Source: an uncultured delta proteobacterium (GTDB taxonomy: Bacteria; Myxococcota; UBA727; VGSZ01). Taken from it: a DNA stretch of 64,000 nt. The stretch is from NCBI GenBank assembly GCA_963775425.1, contig CAVZJB010000011.1, positions 608,001-672,000 on the forward strand, written 5' to 3'. The notes beneath the pieces are model-generated. The model was not told where the DNA came from, made no database searches, and saw only the letters and a list, made by a program, of their open reading frames with translations. This document shows, one piece after another, positions 29,753 through 39,537 of this stretch. Position numbers and translations under genes: made by a program. Numbering within the stretch: the stretch's first letter is position 1; each line of letters begins with the position of its first letter.

Positions 29753-31735
29753 TCAACGCAAGCAGGGATCGGCGCTGTCGCCGGCGCGCACCACGGGCAC
29801 GCGGCCGGCGGCGACGTCCTCGAGGAAGCAGCGGTACTCGGCCTTCGGGCGCTCGGTCTGGAAGTTGACCTCGTGCCCGTCCTCGACGTCGTCGCCGGGG
29901 TTTTGCACCACCACCGCCGTGTGGTCGCCGGCGTTGCCGCTCGCCGGCAGCGGGAGCGCGGCGCGGCCCACGAGGGGCAGGAGCGTCTCGAGCGGGCGCT
30001 GATCGAGCGCGGCGAGCTCATCGCCGTCGTCGATGGCGGGGCCGGCGAGGTCGAGGCCCATGGAGAGGCTGGTGGCCTCGGCGATGCTCGGCAGGATGTA
30101 GTGGTCGACGATGCCCTGGAGCATCAACACGTTCCTCGGCTGCGTCCCCGAGCGGGGGGCGCGCACGATGACGTCGTCGTAGATCTGCGCGTCCGAGGGC
30201 TCGGCGGCCCACTGAAAGAGCGTGAGCGCCGGATCGTGCGCTTCGAGCGCGCGGCCGCTCGCGGTGTAGCCGAGGAGCTGCTCGGCGACGGGGCGCACCA
30301 CCAGCGGCCGCTGCTTGTCCATGATGTTGGCGATGTAGCTGCTGCCGGCGCCCGAGAGCACCGCGGTGTGGAACGCGGGCTGCGCCGCGAGCACGAGCGG
30401 GGCGATGGCGGCGCCCATGGAGTGGCCCATGAGCGCGAGCTTGTCGCCGTCGACGGCGAAGGTGCCGGCGGCGCCGTCGCACGCGCTCGCGTCGAAGTGC
30501 AGCGCGGCGAGCATCGGGGGGAGGAGCGCGAGCTCGAGCGCGGACTGCCGGATGTTGTCCCGCAGCGCGGGCGGGTTGAAGACGTTGAACACGAGGAAGT
30601 CCTCGTTGCCGCCGGTGGTGTTGCGCAGCCCCTCGAGGGCGCCGTCGATCTGCACCGCGGCCCAGCCGACGCGCGCGAATTCCTGCGCGGGCCCGCTGCC
30701 GGGGACGACGGGCGCGGTGAAGTCCGGCGTGGCGCACACGCCCCGGTCGACGAGCGCGCGCTCGCCGCCGGCACCGGTGCCGATGAAGACGACGGTGGGC
30801 CAGCCTGTGGCGGGCATCGGCCCGCGCGGAACGGTGATGAAGATGCGCCCGGTCTCCTCGTGGTCGAAGGCGGGCGCGCCTGCGTCGTCGACGCGCCAGG
30901 CGCCGCCGCTCTGGCTGTAGGGCGGGACGCCGGACTGGTAGTCGGGGAGGTCGACGGTGGACTGAAAGACGCAGTAGCCGTCGAACGTGTCGGTGAGCGC
31001 GGGGGTGGCCGGCGGCGCGACGGGGTGGTGCGCGAGGGCGTCGTCGAGGAACAGCGAGAGGTCGGCGGCGCGGTCGTCGGTGGTGAAGACCGCGAGCGCC
31101 GCGACGTCGTCGCCGAGCGTGTCGAGCGCGGCGCGGTAGGAGGCGGCGACGGCGGCGCTCATGCCGTCGGGCGTCTTGCCGGCGCGGAGCTCGTCGAGGA
31201 CGGGGGCCGGCGCGGGGGCGGAGCCGTCGGCGTAGCGCAGCGCTCGCGTGACGACGGCGGCGTAGGTGGTGCGCGCCCGCAGCGGGGCGCCCTGGAGCGG
31301 CAGGAGCGAGAGCAGCCGCGCGTCGCCGAACGGTCCGCCGTCGTCGAGGAACGCGACGTCCACCGGGACGCGCGCGCCGGTCCCGACGTCGACGAGGAAC
31401 ACGGAGGCGTCGTCGCGCACGCTGCCGAACAGGTCCGGCAGTGAGGCGCGGTCGACGCGGGCGCCGGCGCGCAGGTAGACGGCGCCGGCCTGGGAGAAGC
31501 CGCGGGCGTCGCGCGCGACGATGTCGAGGGCGCTCGCGACGACGCCCGCGTTGTTCGGGTTGGTGACGCCGCTCACGTCGACCGTGCCGTCCTCCCTCAG
31601 GAGGTCGTCCGACGGGAAGGGCGCGTCGAACAGCGACCCCTCGCGCGAAAATGACATCGAAAACGGCGGCCCGTCGACGACGTCGGGCGCGCACGCGCAC
31701 GAGAGCGTCAGGCACGCAAGGAGAGCGGACCGCAT
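29753..31735 (-). CDS. Lipoprotein with an alpha/beta-hydrolase domain
   Basis: Signal MRSALLACLTLSCAC; PFPSD motif; nucleophile elbow GHSMG; C-terminal DGH. Confidence 0.7.
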   Translation of the reverse strand: MRSALLACLTLSCACAPDVVDGPPFSMSFSREGSLFDAPFPSDDLLREDGTVDVSGVTNPNNAGVVASALDIVARDARGFSQAGAVYLRAGARVDRASLPDLFGSVRDDASVFLVDVGTGARVPVDVAFLDDGGPFGDARLLSLLPLQGAPLRARTTYAAVVTRALRYADGSAPAPAPVLDELRAGKTPDGMSAAVAASYRAALDTLGDDVAALAVFTTDDRAADLSLFLDDALAHHPVAPPATPALTDTFDGYCVFQSTVDLPDYQSGVPPYSQSGGAWRVDDAGAPAFDHEETGRIFITVPRGPMPATGWPTVVFIGTGAGGERALVDRGVCATPDFTAPVVPGSGPAQEFARVGWAAVQIDGALEGLRNTTGGNEDFLVFNVFNPPALRDNIRQSALELALLPPMLAALHFDASACDGAAGTFAVDGDKLALMGHSMGAAIAPLVLAAQPAFHTAVLSGAGSSYIANIMDKQRPLVVRPVAEQLLGYTASGRALEAHDPALTLFQWAAEPSDAQIYDDVIVRAPRSGTQPRNVLMLQGIVDHYILPSIAEATSLSMGLDLAGPAIDDGDELAALDQRPLETLLPLVGRAALPLPASGNAGDHTAVVVQNPGDDVEDGHEVNFQTERPKAEYRCFLEDVAAGRVPVVRAGDSADPCLR

Positions 31736-31835
31736 CGGGCCAATGTCGGTGACGTCGTCCGCGTCGTCAACCAGCCCCGCGCGCGACGCGGGCTTTCGCG
31801 TTCGCTGACGTCGACAGGTGGGGTAGGATCGACGC

Positions 31836-33017
31836 ATGCAGGTCCGCCGAGACGCCCCGAACGGCCTCCCGCGCTTGATCACCGGCGCGACCGGCGTGCG
31901 CTCCGGCTCGCCCGTGGACGTGGAGCACGCGAAGGCGGACGCCGGGGACACACCGCGCGCATCCGTGGTGGGCTCCGTCGGCGGCCGCGTCGTCCGCCGC
32001 GCCGACGTCGAGCTGTGGACGCTCCCCGGGCGCGACGCCGTCGTCATGCTCCCCAAGGGCACCACCTGGTCCGCCTACGTCGCCGCGCTTGAAAAGAGCG
32101 GCGCCTTCGCCGACCAGGCCGAGCAGCTCGAGGCGCTGAGCAAGCTCACCGCCAAGAAGGCCGCGCCCGACGCGCGCCCCGCGGTGGGCGTCATCCTCTC
32201 GGAGGCGCGGATGCTCGTTCGTGACTTCCACGAGAACACCGAGAACGTCATCCGGCTCGTCGAGGAGATGGGGTGCCGTCCGGTCATCGTCCCTCCCTGC
32301 GCCGACATCTGCGTCGCCGGCGGCGCCGACGCTCGCGCCCGCGCCGTCGCGTCCATGGCGTCCACGCTCGACGGGCTCGTCGGCCCCGGTGGCGCCGACG
32401 TCAATCCTGCCGTCTACGGCGAGCAGAACACCGGCTCGCTGCAGACCAACCCCTTCCGCGACGCCTTCGAGACCGCCTTCGTCAAGGTCGCCCTCGACTG
32501 CGACCTCTTCGCGTTCGGCATCTGCCGCAGCCACCAACTGTGGAACGCGGCCGCCGGCGGGAAGCTCGTGCAGGACATCCAGGACGAGGGCCTCACCTCC
32601 GTGAGCCACCGCGACGGGCACCACCCGATGATGGTCAAGCGCGGCTCGATGATCTTCGAGGCCACGCGCCAGCAGGCGTTGCGCGTGAACAGCCTGCACC
32701 ACCAGGCCGTCGACTTCGCCGGCTGGGGCTTTCGCGTCGTCGCCAAGGTGAAGGACGAGGGCACGGGCAAGGACATGATCGAGGCCACCGAGCGCTGGAA
32801 CGGCATCACCACGCAGTGGCACCCGGAGCTCATGCAGGACGACCCCGCCATGCGCGCGCTCTTTTCCACCCTCGGACGCCGCGCCCACGCCTTCGCCCTC
32901 ATGAAGGAGATGGGGCGCCCGTCGGCCGCCGCGCTCCTCGAGCGCATGCGGAGCGATCCCCGCTTCGACGCCACCGACGTCGCCTGGGTCAAGCGCGAGC
33001 TGTCGCGCCGGCTGTGA
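31836..33017 (+). CDS. Peptidase C26 / gamma-glutamyl hydrolase (PuuD-like) with an N-terminal extension
   Basis: Motifs GGADV, FGICRSHQ, VNSLHHQAV and QWHPE. Confidence 0.85.
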   Translation: MQVRRDAPNGLPRLITGATGVRSGSPVDVEHAKADAGDTPRASVVGSVGGRVVRRADVELWTLPGRDAVVMLPKGTTWSAYVAALEKSGAFADQAEQLEALSKLTAKKAAPDARPAVGVILSEARMLVRDFHENTENVIRLVEEMGCRPVIVPPCADICVAGGADARARAVASMASTLDGLVGPGGADVNPAVYGEQNTGSLQTNPFRDAFETAFVKVALDCDLFAFGICRSHQLWNAAAGGKLVQDIQDEGLTSVSHRDGHHPMMVKRGSMIFEATRQQALRVNSLHHQAVDFAGWGFRVVAKVKDEGTGKDMIEATERWNGITTQWHPELMQDDPAMRALFSTLGRRAHAFALMKEMGRPSAAALLERMRSDPRFDATDVAWVKRELSRRL

Positions 33018-33075
33018 GTGGAGCCGGCGGGCCGGTCCTCGATGCGCAGGGGGTCGACGCAGTAGGATGCGGCAC

Positions 33076-33345
33076 ATGAAGACCGTCCTCACGCTCTCCC
33101 TCCTCGCGCTCCTCGCCGGCGCTTGTCACAGCTCGACGCCGGCCGCCCCCGCGCCCGCCTCCGCGCCCGCCGCCGCGCCCGCCGCCGCGCCCGCCGCCGG
33201 CGCCTGCCAGCACACGACGTGCGGCGAATGTGTCGCCGAGGGCGGCTGCTGGTGGCACACGGACAAGAACGCGTGCACCGAGGGCATGCAGGGCTGCACC
33301 GACGGCAAGGACTGCGTGAACAACAACGAGCACCCCTGCCCATGA
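33076..33345 (+). CDS. Small Cys-rich lipoprotein (PSI-like pattern)
   Basis: Lipobox LAGAC, Ala/Pro linker, then C..TCGECV...CWW....C...C. Confidence 0.7.
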   Translation: MKTVLTLSLLALLAGACHSSTPAAPAPASAPAAAPAAAPAAGACQHTTCGECVAEGGCWWHTDKNACTEGMQGCTDGKDCVNNNEHPCP

Positions 33346-33875
33346 TCACGCCTGCCGCCCTCGTCCTGGCGGTCGCGGTGGCCGGAGGCGGTGGGACGAC
33401 GCCGCCGCCGGCCCCTACCGCCGACGGCGTACAGCCGCGCGCCTACGCCGTCGGCGCCGGCACCGCCATCGGCACCGTCGCCGGCGGCCTCGTCGGCGGC
33501 GTCGCCGGCATCGCGTTGTTCGGCTACGGCTTCCACCTGTGCCTCGAGAGCTGCCCGCCGCCGACGCCCCTCCAGTCCGCGGCGCTGTACGCGTCGCCCT
33601 TCGTCGCCGCCGCCGCCGTCGTCGCCGGGGCCGCCGGCGGCGCCACCGCGGGCGCGAGCGTCGTCGACGGTGACACCGGCGTGGCCTTGCTCGCCGGCAG
33701 CGGCGCGGGCGTTTTCGCGGTCGGCGGCTCCCTGCTGACGGCCCTCGGCGTCATCGCGCTGCGCGTCCCGGACCCCGTCGGCTATGGCCTCCTCGCGCTC
33801 GGGGCCGGCGCGAGCGTCGCCGTGGGCGCGATCGGTGCGCAGGAGGCCTACGAGAGCTTCGCGCCGGGGATGTAG
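33342..33875 (+). CDS. Gly/Ala-rich membrane protein, hypothetical
   Basis: ATGA overlap with the upstream gene; several GxxxG-rich hydrophobic helices. Confidence 0.6.
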   Translation: MITPAALVLAVAVAGGGGTTPPPAPTADGVQPRAYAVGAGTAIGTVAGGLVGGVAGIALFGYGFHLCLESCPPPTPLQSAALYASPFVAAAAVVAGAAGGATAGASVVDGDTGVALLAGSGAGVFAVGGSLLTALGVIALRVPDPVGYGLLALGAGASVAVGAIGAQEAYESFAPGM

Positions 33876-33879
33876 CGAA

Positions 33880-33966
33880 CGGAGCGGGAGGGATTCGAAC
33901 CCTCGATACCCTCGCGGGTATGCCGGATTTCAAGTCCGGTGCCTTCAACCACTCGACCACCGCTCC
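33880..33966 (-). tRNA. tRNA-Ser(TGA)
   Basis: Reverse complement GGAGCGG TGGTCGAGTGGTTGAAGGCA CCGGA CT-TGA-AA TCCGG, long variable arm ATACCC-GCGA-GGGTAT, GGTTCGAATCC, CCGCTCC G; CCA not encoded. Confidence 0.96.
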
Positions 33967-34012
33967 GTCGACGGAGATAGCGGATCGAGGACGCGCCTGC
34001 TACCCGTGCCGC

Positions 34013-36460
34013 ATGAGCGAGGTGCAGCTTCGAGGGGGCGCGCGCGCGTTCGGCCGAGCCGGTGTCGCGCGCGCCGGTGCCGCTTCCTTCGTCGCAATCA
34101 TGGCCGCCTGCGCTCCCGCGTCCGTCGACGTCGGAGAGCGCGTGCGCGTGGAGACCGATCCGTTGCGCGTGGTCATCGCCACCGCCGACGGCGGCGAGCT
34201 CGTGCTCCAGGGCGTCCACCGCGGCGCCGACTTCTACTACGAGGAGCCGCAGATCCTGCCCGGGTGGGACGGCTACCGCGAGTCCGTCAAGACGTGGCAG
34301 CTCGTCGAGGGCGCCGACGTCGTCGAGGCCGACGACGCCCACGCCGTCGTCGAGACCGACGGCGGCACGCTCACGGTGCGCGAGGACGGGCCGCGCGTTC
34401 GTTTGTCGTTCGCGCTCGAGCCCGAGACCGCCGGCGTCCCCGCCAAGACGTCGCTCACCTTCGGCATGAGCGGCGACGAGGGCTTCTTCGGCCTCGGCGA
34501 GCGCTTCGCCGAGGTGAACCACCGCGGCAAGGGCTTGTACACCTGGGCCGAGGAGGGCGGGCTCGGCGGCGGCGAGGATCCCGTCGGCGCCGCGGGCAGC
34601 CCGTTCCCCAACGGGCCGTCGATGACGTACTTCCCGGTGCCGTTCTTCCTCTCGAGCGCCGGCTACGCCGTCCACCTCGACACCACCGTGCGCACCGAGG
34701 TCCACCTCGGCGACGAGAGCCCCCGCCACTGGCGCGCCGCCGTCTCCGCCGCCGACTTCGACGTCGTCGTCTACGCGGCGCCGCCGCTGCAGGCGCTCGA
34801 CATGTACACCGAGGACACGGGCCGGCCGATGATCCCGGCGCCGTGGGTCTGGGGCCCGCGCCGCCGCGTCGACGCGCTCGACGACGACGAGTGGCATCGC
34901 TTGCGCGACTCCCACGTGCCCACCACCGGCATCGACGACGCCGTTCACTTCCTGCCGCACCTCTCCCAGGCCGGACGCGAGGACGAGCTGCGCGCGTGGA
35001 CCAGCCGGCTGCACGACGCCGGCTTCAAGGTCATGGCCTACAACAACCCGTACGTGTCGATGTCGGAGGCCTCCGCCGCCGCCGACTTCGGCTTCGGGCG
35101 CGACCACGGGTTCTTCCTCACCGACGACAGCGGCGCGCCCGCGCAGACGTTCTTCATCTCGGGCACGCCCCAGACCCTCGCCACCGTCGACCTCACCGAC
35201 GACGACGCCGTCGCCTGGTTCCAGTCGCTTTTGAAGCGCACGCTCGACATCGGCTACGACGGGTGGATGCACGACTTCGGCGAATACACGGGGCGCGCCT
35301 GGCACGCGCACGACGGCTCCACCGGCGAGAGCCTGCACAACCGCTTCCCGGTGCTGTCGGCCAAGGCCGCCCACGACCTGCTCGAGCGCGAGCGCCCCGA
35401 CGACTACCTCTTCTTCGTGCGCTCCGGCGGCTCCGGCACGCAGGCGTTCGTGCCCGCCGTCTGGGGCGGCGACGCCGAGGCCACGTTCGACGACACGCAG
35501 GGCATCCCGAGCGCGCTGCGCTCCGGCTTGAGCCTCGGGATGTCGGGCGTGCCCTATTGGGGCAGCGACGGCACGGGCTTCAAGTGCCTCACCAACTACC
35601 CGCGCGACAAAGAGGTCTACCTGCGCTGGGCGGAGCTCATGGCGGTGAGCCCCATCATGATGGAGCAGAACGCGTGCAGCAATCCGCTCGACCCCGGCCG
35701 CACCAAGTGGACCCTGTGGAGCGACGAGGAGACCACCGAGACGTACGCCAAGATGGCGCGGCTGCACACGCGGCTGCAGCCGTACTTCGAGGTGCTCGCG
35801 CGCCAGGCGCACGAGACCGGCGTGCCGGTGATGCGCCACCCGTTCCTCGTGCACCCCGACGCCGTCCTCGCGCGCGACGTCGACGACGCGTTCTACCTGG
35901 GGCCCTCCCTGTACGCGCTGCCGATCGTTCGCCGCGGAGAGACCGCCAAGAGCGCGTGGCTGCCGCCCGGCCGGTTCGTCGACCTCGACGACGGCGCGGT
36001 CTACGAGGGCGACGGCCTGCGTGACGTCGTCATCCCCGCGCCGCTCACCAAGCTCCCCTTGCTCGTCGTGGAGAACCAGCTCGTGCCCATGCTCGACGCG
36101 TCCATCGAGACGCTCGGGGCGACGGACGATCCCGCCATCGTCACGCCGGACAAGGTCGCGGACCGGCTCGACGTCGTCGTCGCCCTCGGGCCCGGCGGCG
36201 CCGCCGAGATGACGCTCACCGACGGCACGCTCTTGAGCGCCCACGCGACGGCATCGAAGGTGACGGGGCCGCTCGCCCCCGCGGGCGACGACCTCGAGGG
36301 CTGCGCGCGCTGCTTCGCCGTGGACCGCTTCGGCGACGTCGAGCGCATCCGGGCCAACGGCGCGCTCGCCGCCGACGACACGGTCCTCGTCGACGGCGTC
36401 GAGCTGCGTGCCACGGGCCCGGTGCGGCGCGTGCGCTGGACCGTGCTGCGCATGCCGTAG
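34013..36460 (+). CDS. Glycoside hydrolase family 31, probably a lipoprotein
   Basis: Motifs FFGLGERF, YFPVPFFLSS, GWMHDFGE (nucleophile), WGGD (acid/base), WGSDG and LYALP; possible lipobox IMAAC. Confidence 0.9.
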   Translation: MSEVQLRGGARAFGRAGVARAGAASFVAIMAACAPASVDVGERVRVETDPLRVVIATADGGELVLQGVHRGADFYYEEPQILPGWDGYRESVKTWQLVEGADVVEADDAHAVVETDGGTLTVREDGPRVRLSFALEPETAGVPAKTSLTFGMSGDEGFFGLGERFAEVNHRGKGLYTWAEEGGLGGGEDPVGAAGSPFPNGPSMTYFPVPFFLSSAGYAVHLDTTVRTEVHLGDESPRHWRAAVSAADFDVVVYAAPPLQALDMYTEDTGRPMIPAPWVWGPRRRVDALDDDEWHRLRDSHVPTTGIDDAVHFLPHLSQAGREDELRAWTSRLHDAGFKVMAYNNPYVSMSEASAAADFGFGRDHGFFLTDDSGAPAQTFFISGTPQTLATVDLTDDDAVAWFQSLLKRTLDIGYDGWMHDFGEYTGRAWHAHDGSTGESLHNRFPVLSAKAAHDLLERERPDDYLFFVRSGGSGTQAFVPAVWGGDAEATFDDTQGIPSALRSGLSLGMSGVPYWGSDGTGFKCLTNYPRDKEVYLRWAELMAVSPIMMEQNACSNPLDPGRTKWTLWSDEETTETYAKMARLHTRLQPYFEVLARQAHETGVPVMRHPFLVHPDAVLARDVDDAFYLGPSLYALPIVRRGETAKSAWLPPGRFVDLDDGAVYEGDGLRDVVIPAPLTKLPLLVVENQLVPMLDASIETLGATDDPAIVTPDKVADRLDVVVALGPGGAAEMTLTDGTLLSAHATASKVTGPLAPAGDDLEGCARCFAVDRFGDVERIRANGALAADDTVLVDGVELRATGPVRRVRWTVLRMP

Positions 36461-36530
36461 CGGGTCGCCGCGGGCCGAGGCCGCCCGCGACGAGGCCGCG
36501 CGCACCGACGGCGCGTGGTACGGTCGCGTC

Positions 36531-37715
36531 GTGGCCAGGAGCGCGCTCGCGTCCCTCGGGACGTCGATCTTTTCGGAGATGACCCGGCTCGCCGAGGAGC
36601 GGGGCGCGGTGAACCTGTCGCAGGGCTTCCCCGACTTCGAGGGCCCGAAGGAGGTCGTCGACGCCGCCGTCGAGGCGCTGCGCTCCGGGAAGAACCAATA
36701 CGGGCGCAGCATGGGCCTGCCCGCGCTCGTGCAGCAGATCGCCGCCCAGCGCGAGCGCGACTACGGCCTCGTCTACGATCCCATGACGGAGGTGTGCGCC
36801 TTCGCCGGCGCCACCGAGGGCATCGCCGCCGCCATGCTCGGCCTGCTCGAGCCCGGTGACGAGGTCATCCTGCTCGAGCCGTTCTACGACGGCTACCCCG
36901 CCACCGTGGCCATGGCGGGCGCCACCGCGAGGATCGTCACGCTGCGGTTCCCGGAGTTCGCCGTCGACGCCGCCGCGCTCGCGTGCGCGGTCACCGACAA
37001 GACGCGCATGATCGTCGTCAACGCGCCGCACAACCCGAGCGGCCGCGTGCTGACGGAGGCGGAGCTGGACGCCGTCGCCCGCGTCTGCAGCGAGAACGAC
37101 CTCGTGGCCCTCACCGACGAGGTCTACGAGCACCTCACCTTCGACGGCCGGAAGCACGTGCCGCTCGCCACGCGCCCCGGGATGCGCGAGCGCACGGTGT
37201 CGTTGTCGTCGACGGGCAAGACCTTTTCCTTCACCGGCTGGAAGGTCGGCTGGTGCACGGGCCCCAAGGACCTCGTGGCCTGCGTGCAGCGGGCCCACCA
37301 GTTCCTCACCTTCTGCGCGGCCACGCCGCTGCACGCGGCCATGGCCACGGCGCTGTCGGCGTTTCAGCGGCCGTTCCTCGACGAGCTGGTGCGCGAGTAC
37401 ACGGGGCGCCGCGACTTCCTCGTGGCCGCGCTGCGCGAGGTGGGCTTCGACGTCAGCGTCCCACAGGGCGCCTACTTCGTCCTCGCCGGCATCCGCGGCC
37501 TCACCGCCGAGGACGACGTCGCCTTCGCGCGCCGCCTCATCGACGAGGCCGGCGTCGCCGCCATCCCCCCGAGCGCCTTCTACGCCGCCGACGTCGACGA
37601 GGGGCGGCGCCTGTTGCGCTTCGCGTTCTGCAAGAGGCCCGAGACCCTCGAGCGCGCGGCGGAGCGCCTGCGCGCGTGGCGCCGCCGCCGGCCGGCGGAG
37701 CGGAGCGCGACGTGA
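36531..37715 (+). CDS. PLP-dependent class I/II aminotransferase (YbdL/kynurenine aminotransferase-like)
   Basis: Motifs SIFSEMT, NLSQGFPDF, PHNPSG, DEVYEH, GKTFSFTGWKVG and RFAFCK. Confidence 0.93.
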   Translation: MARSALASLGTSIFSEMTRLAEERGAVNLSQGFPDFEGPKEVVDAAVEALRSGKNQYGRSMGLPALVQQIAAQRERDYGLVYDPMTEVCAFAGATEGIAAAMLGLLEPGDEVILLEPFYDGYPATVAMAGATARIVTLRFPEFAVDAAALACAVTDKTRMIVVNAPHNPSGRVLTEAELDAVARVCSENDLVALTDEVYEHLTFDGRKHVPLATRPGMRERTVSLSSTGKTFSFTGWKVGWCTGPKDLVACVQRAHQFLTFCAATPLHAAMATALSAFQRPFLDELVREYTGRRDFLVAALREVGFDVSVPQGAYFVLAGIRGLTAEDDVAFARRLIDEAGVAAIPPSAFYAADVDEGRRLLRFAFCKRPETLERAAERLRAWRRRRPAERSAT

Positions 37716-38404
37716 TCGTCGGGAAGGCGCGCATCGAGCGGCTGTGGATGTTCGGCCGGCTCAACAACTTCGGCGAGCAGGTGCTCATCGTGTCGATGCG
37801 GGCGGACGTCCAGGGCGACGCGCTCCTCGTGCTGCCGCTGCCCCTCAAGGCCGGCGGTCGCTGCGCCTTCACCGACCTCTCCGCCTACGACACGCTGTTC
37901 GGCGAGCTCGATCTGTGCTGGGAGCCTTCGCTCGTCATCTCCGACAACCCGCGCCTGCAGGCGGACCTCGAGGGGTCGCTGTTGAACGCGGGGGCGTCGG
38001 CTTCGACGGGGGCGCTGTGGAAGACGCGCGCCGAGCTCACGCGCGCCGATCCCGCGTTGCCCGCCGACGCCTGGGCCGACTACGCCTTCGCTGCCTTTCG
38101 CTTGCCGCCGGGCAACAACGACGTGAAGCCGCTCGCGCTCGTGTTCGAGACGCGGGTGCCCGAGAAGATCTTCTTTCCCACCGCGGACCCGCACAAGCCG
38201 GAGAAGGTGCACGTACACCAGCGCCTCTACGCGCAGGGCTGGATGGCCAAGCGCCTCGAGGGATGGCTCGAGAGCGACAGCGTCGCCGGCGAGCACGTCG
38301 ACGTCGCCGCGACCAGGAGGCTCGTCACCGGGGGGCTGCGGGTGTACCGCTCCGATCGCCGCGGCGAGCGCAAGAACGAGGACGTATGGGTGAAGGTCAC
38401 GTGA
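37712..38404 (+). CDS. Hypothetical protein
   Basis: GTGA overlaps at both ends; globular composition and typical GC3 bias. Confidence 0.65.
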   Translation: MIVGKARIERLWMFGRLNNFGEQVLIVSMRADVQGDALLVLPLPLKAGGRCAFTDLSAYDTLFGELDLCWEPSLVISDNPRLQADLEGSLLNAGASASTGALWKTRAELTRADPALPADAWADYAFAAFRLPPGNNDVKPLALVFETRVPEKIFFPTADPHKPEKVHVHQRLYAQGWMAKRLEGWLESDSVAGEHVDVAATRRLVTGGLRVYRSDRRGERKNEDVWVKVT

Positions 38405-39477
38405 CGCGCAGGCGCCTGTCGACGGCGCGGGCCGGCCTCGCGCTGCTCCTGGCGGCGTGGGTCGGGGCCGGGTGCGATTGCGTGCGGGGCCGCCCGCTGT
38501 CGATGGACTGCATCGACGTCGACGGTCACCGCGTGTGCCGCACGGCGCTCACGCCGTCGGAGAGCGGCGCCGGCATCGACGACGTCTTCACGCTGTTCAG
38601 CGGCCGCGGCGACGACTACGCCTGCCGCCCCGAGAAGGCCGCCGACCTCAAGCACGGCTTGCTCGTGCACCTCGTCGGGACCGGCGACGACCCCTCCGCC
38701 GCCGACGGCTTCGCCGAGCGCGCCTGCGCCGCCGGCTTCGCCGCGGTGGCGCCCATGTACGAAAACAGGAAGGCGTCGCGGCAGGTCTGCGGCGCCCTCG
38801 ACGGCGCCGACGCCGACGCGTGCTTCGAGGCGTTCCACCGTGAGATCCTGTTCGGCGACGGCGCCGTCGACGTCGCCGGCGTGAGCGTCGACGACAACAA
38901 CGCGGTGAGGAACCGCACGCAGAAGCTCCTCGACGCCCTGGCCGGCGACGACGGCGACGCCTTCCCGCCGTGGAAGGACCTCGACAAGGCCTTCGCCGAC
39001 GGCGACATGAGCGCGATGACGCTCTCCGGCCACTCGCAGGGCAACGGCCACGCGCTGTTCTGGGCGCGCGAGCAAGAGGTGGCGCGCGTGGTGCTCCTCT
39101 CCGGCGTCGCCGACGCCATCGGGCTCGGGACGCCTTCGAGCGTGCCGCCGGCCTGGATCGCCGGGTTCCAGGACCTCACCGCCACCGATCCGCAGCGGTT
39201 CTTCTCGTTCGTGCACCAGGATGAGGACGGCCTCACGCCCGTCGACACCGGCAACGAAAACGCCGACGACGCCGGCGTCCCCCCGGTGGAGTGCCTGTGG
39301 CCGGCGAGCCCGCTGCCCGCAGGGTGCCATCGCGTCGTCGTGCGCCCCATGGGCTGCGGCCCCGTCGACGCCCACATCTCCGTCGTCACGCGCACGTGGG
39401 GCGACAAATGCCAGCTCGGCGGCGACGGCCACGACAACGGCCCCACGTGGGAGAGCCTGCTCACCGGCCCCGGCTAA
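38401..39477 (+). CDS. Lipoprotein, alpha/beta-hydrolase-like
   Basis: Lipobox VGAGC; GHSQG elbow. Confidence 0.7.
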   Translation: MTRRRLSTARAGLALLLAAWVGAGCDCVRGRPLSMDCIDVDGHRVCRTALTPSESGAGIDDVFTLFSGRGDDYACRPEKAADLKHGLLVHLVGTGDDPSAADGFAERACAAGFAAVAPMYENRKASRQVCGALDGADADACFEAFHREILFGDGAVDVAGVSVDDNNAVRNRTQKLLDALAGDDGDAFPPWKDLDKAFADGDMSAMTLSGHSQGNGHALFWAREQEVARVVLLSGVADAIGLGTPSSVPPAWIAGFQDLTATDPQRFFSFVHQDEDGLTPVDTGNENADDAGVPPVECLWPASPLPAGCHRVVVRPMGCGPVDAHISVVTRTWGDKCQLGGDGHDNGPTWESLLTGPG

Positions 39478-39537
39478 TCCCGGCGGACGGCCGCCGAAGG
39501 GAGTGCACGGGCGGCGCGGTTCGTTGTAGACCGCGGC

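Noticed and set aside
33880-33966. Possible tRNA-Sec or suppressor tRNA, because of the TGA triplet and long variable arm
   Set aside because: Anticodon UGA reads UCA (Ser), whereas tRNA-Sec has anticodon UCA. The 7-bp acceptor stem is canonical.
33000-34000. Genomic island integrated at tRNA-Ser
   Set aside because: I saw no integrase, no duplicated tRNA 3' end and no compositional shift.
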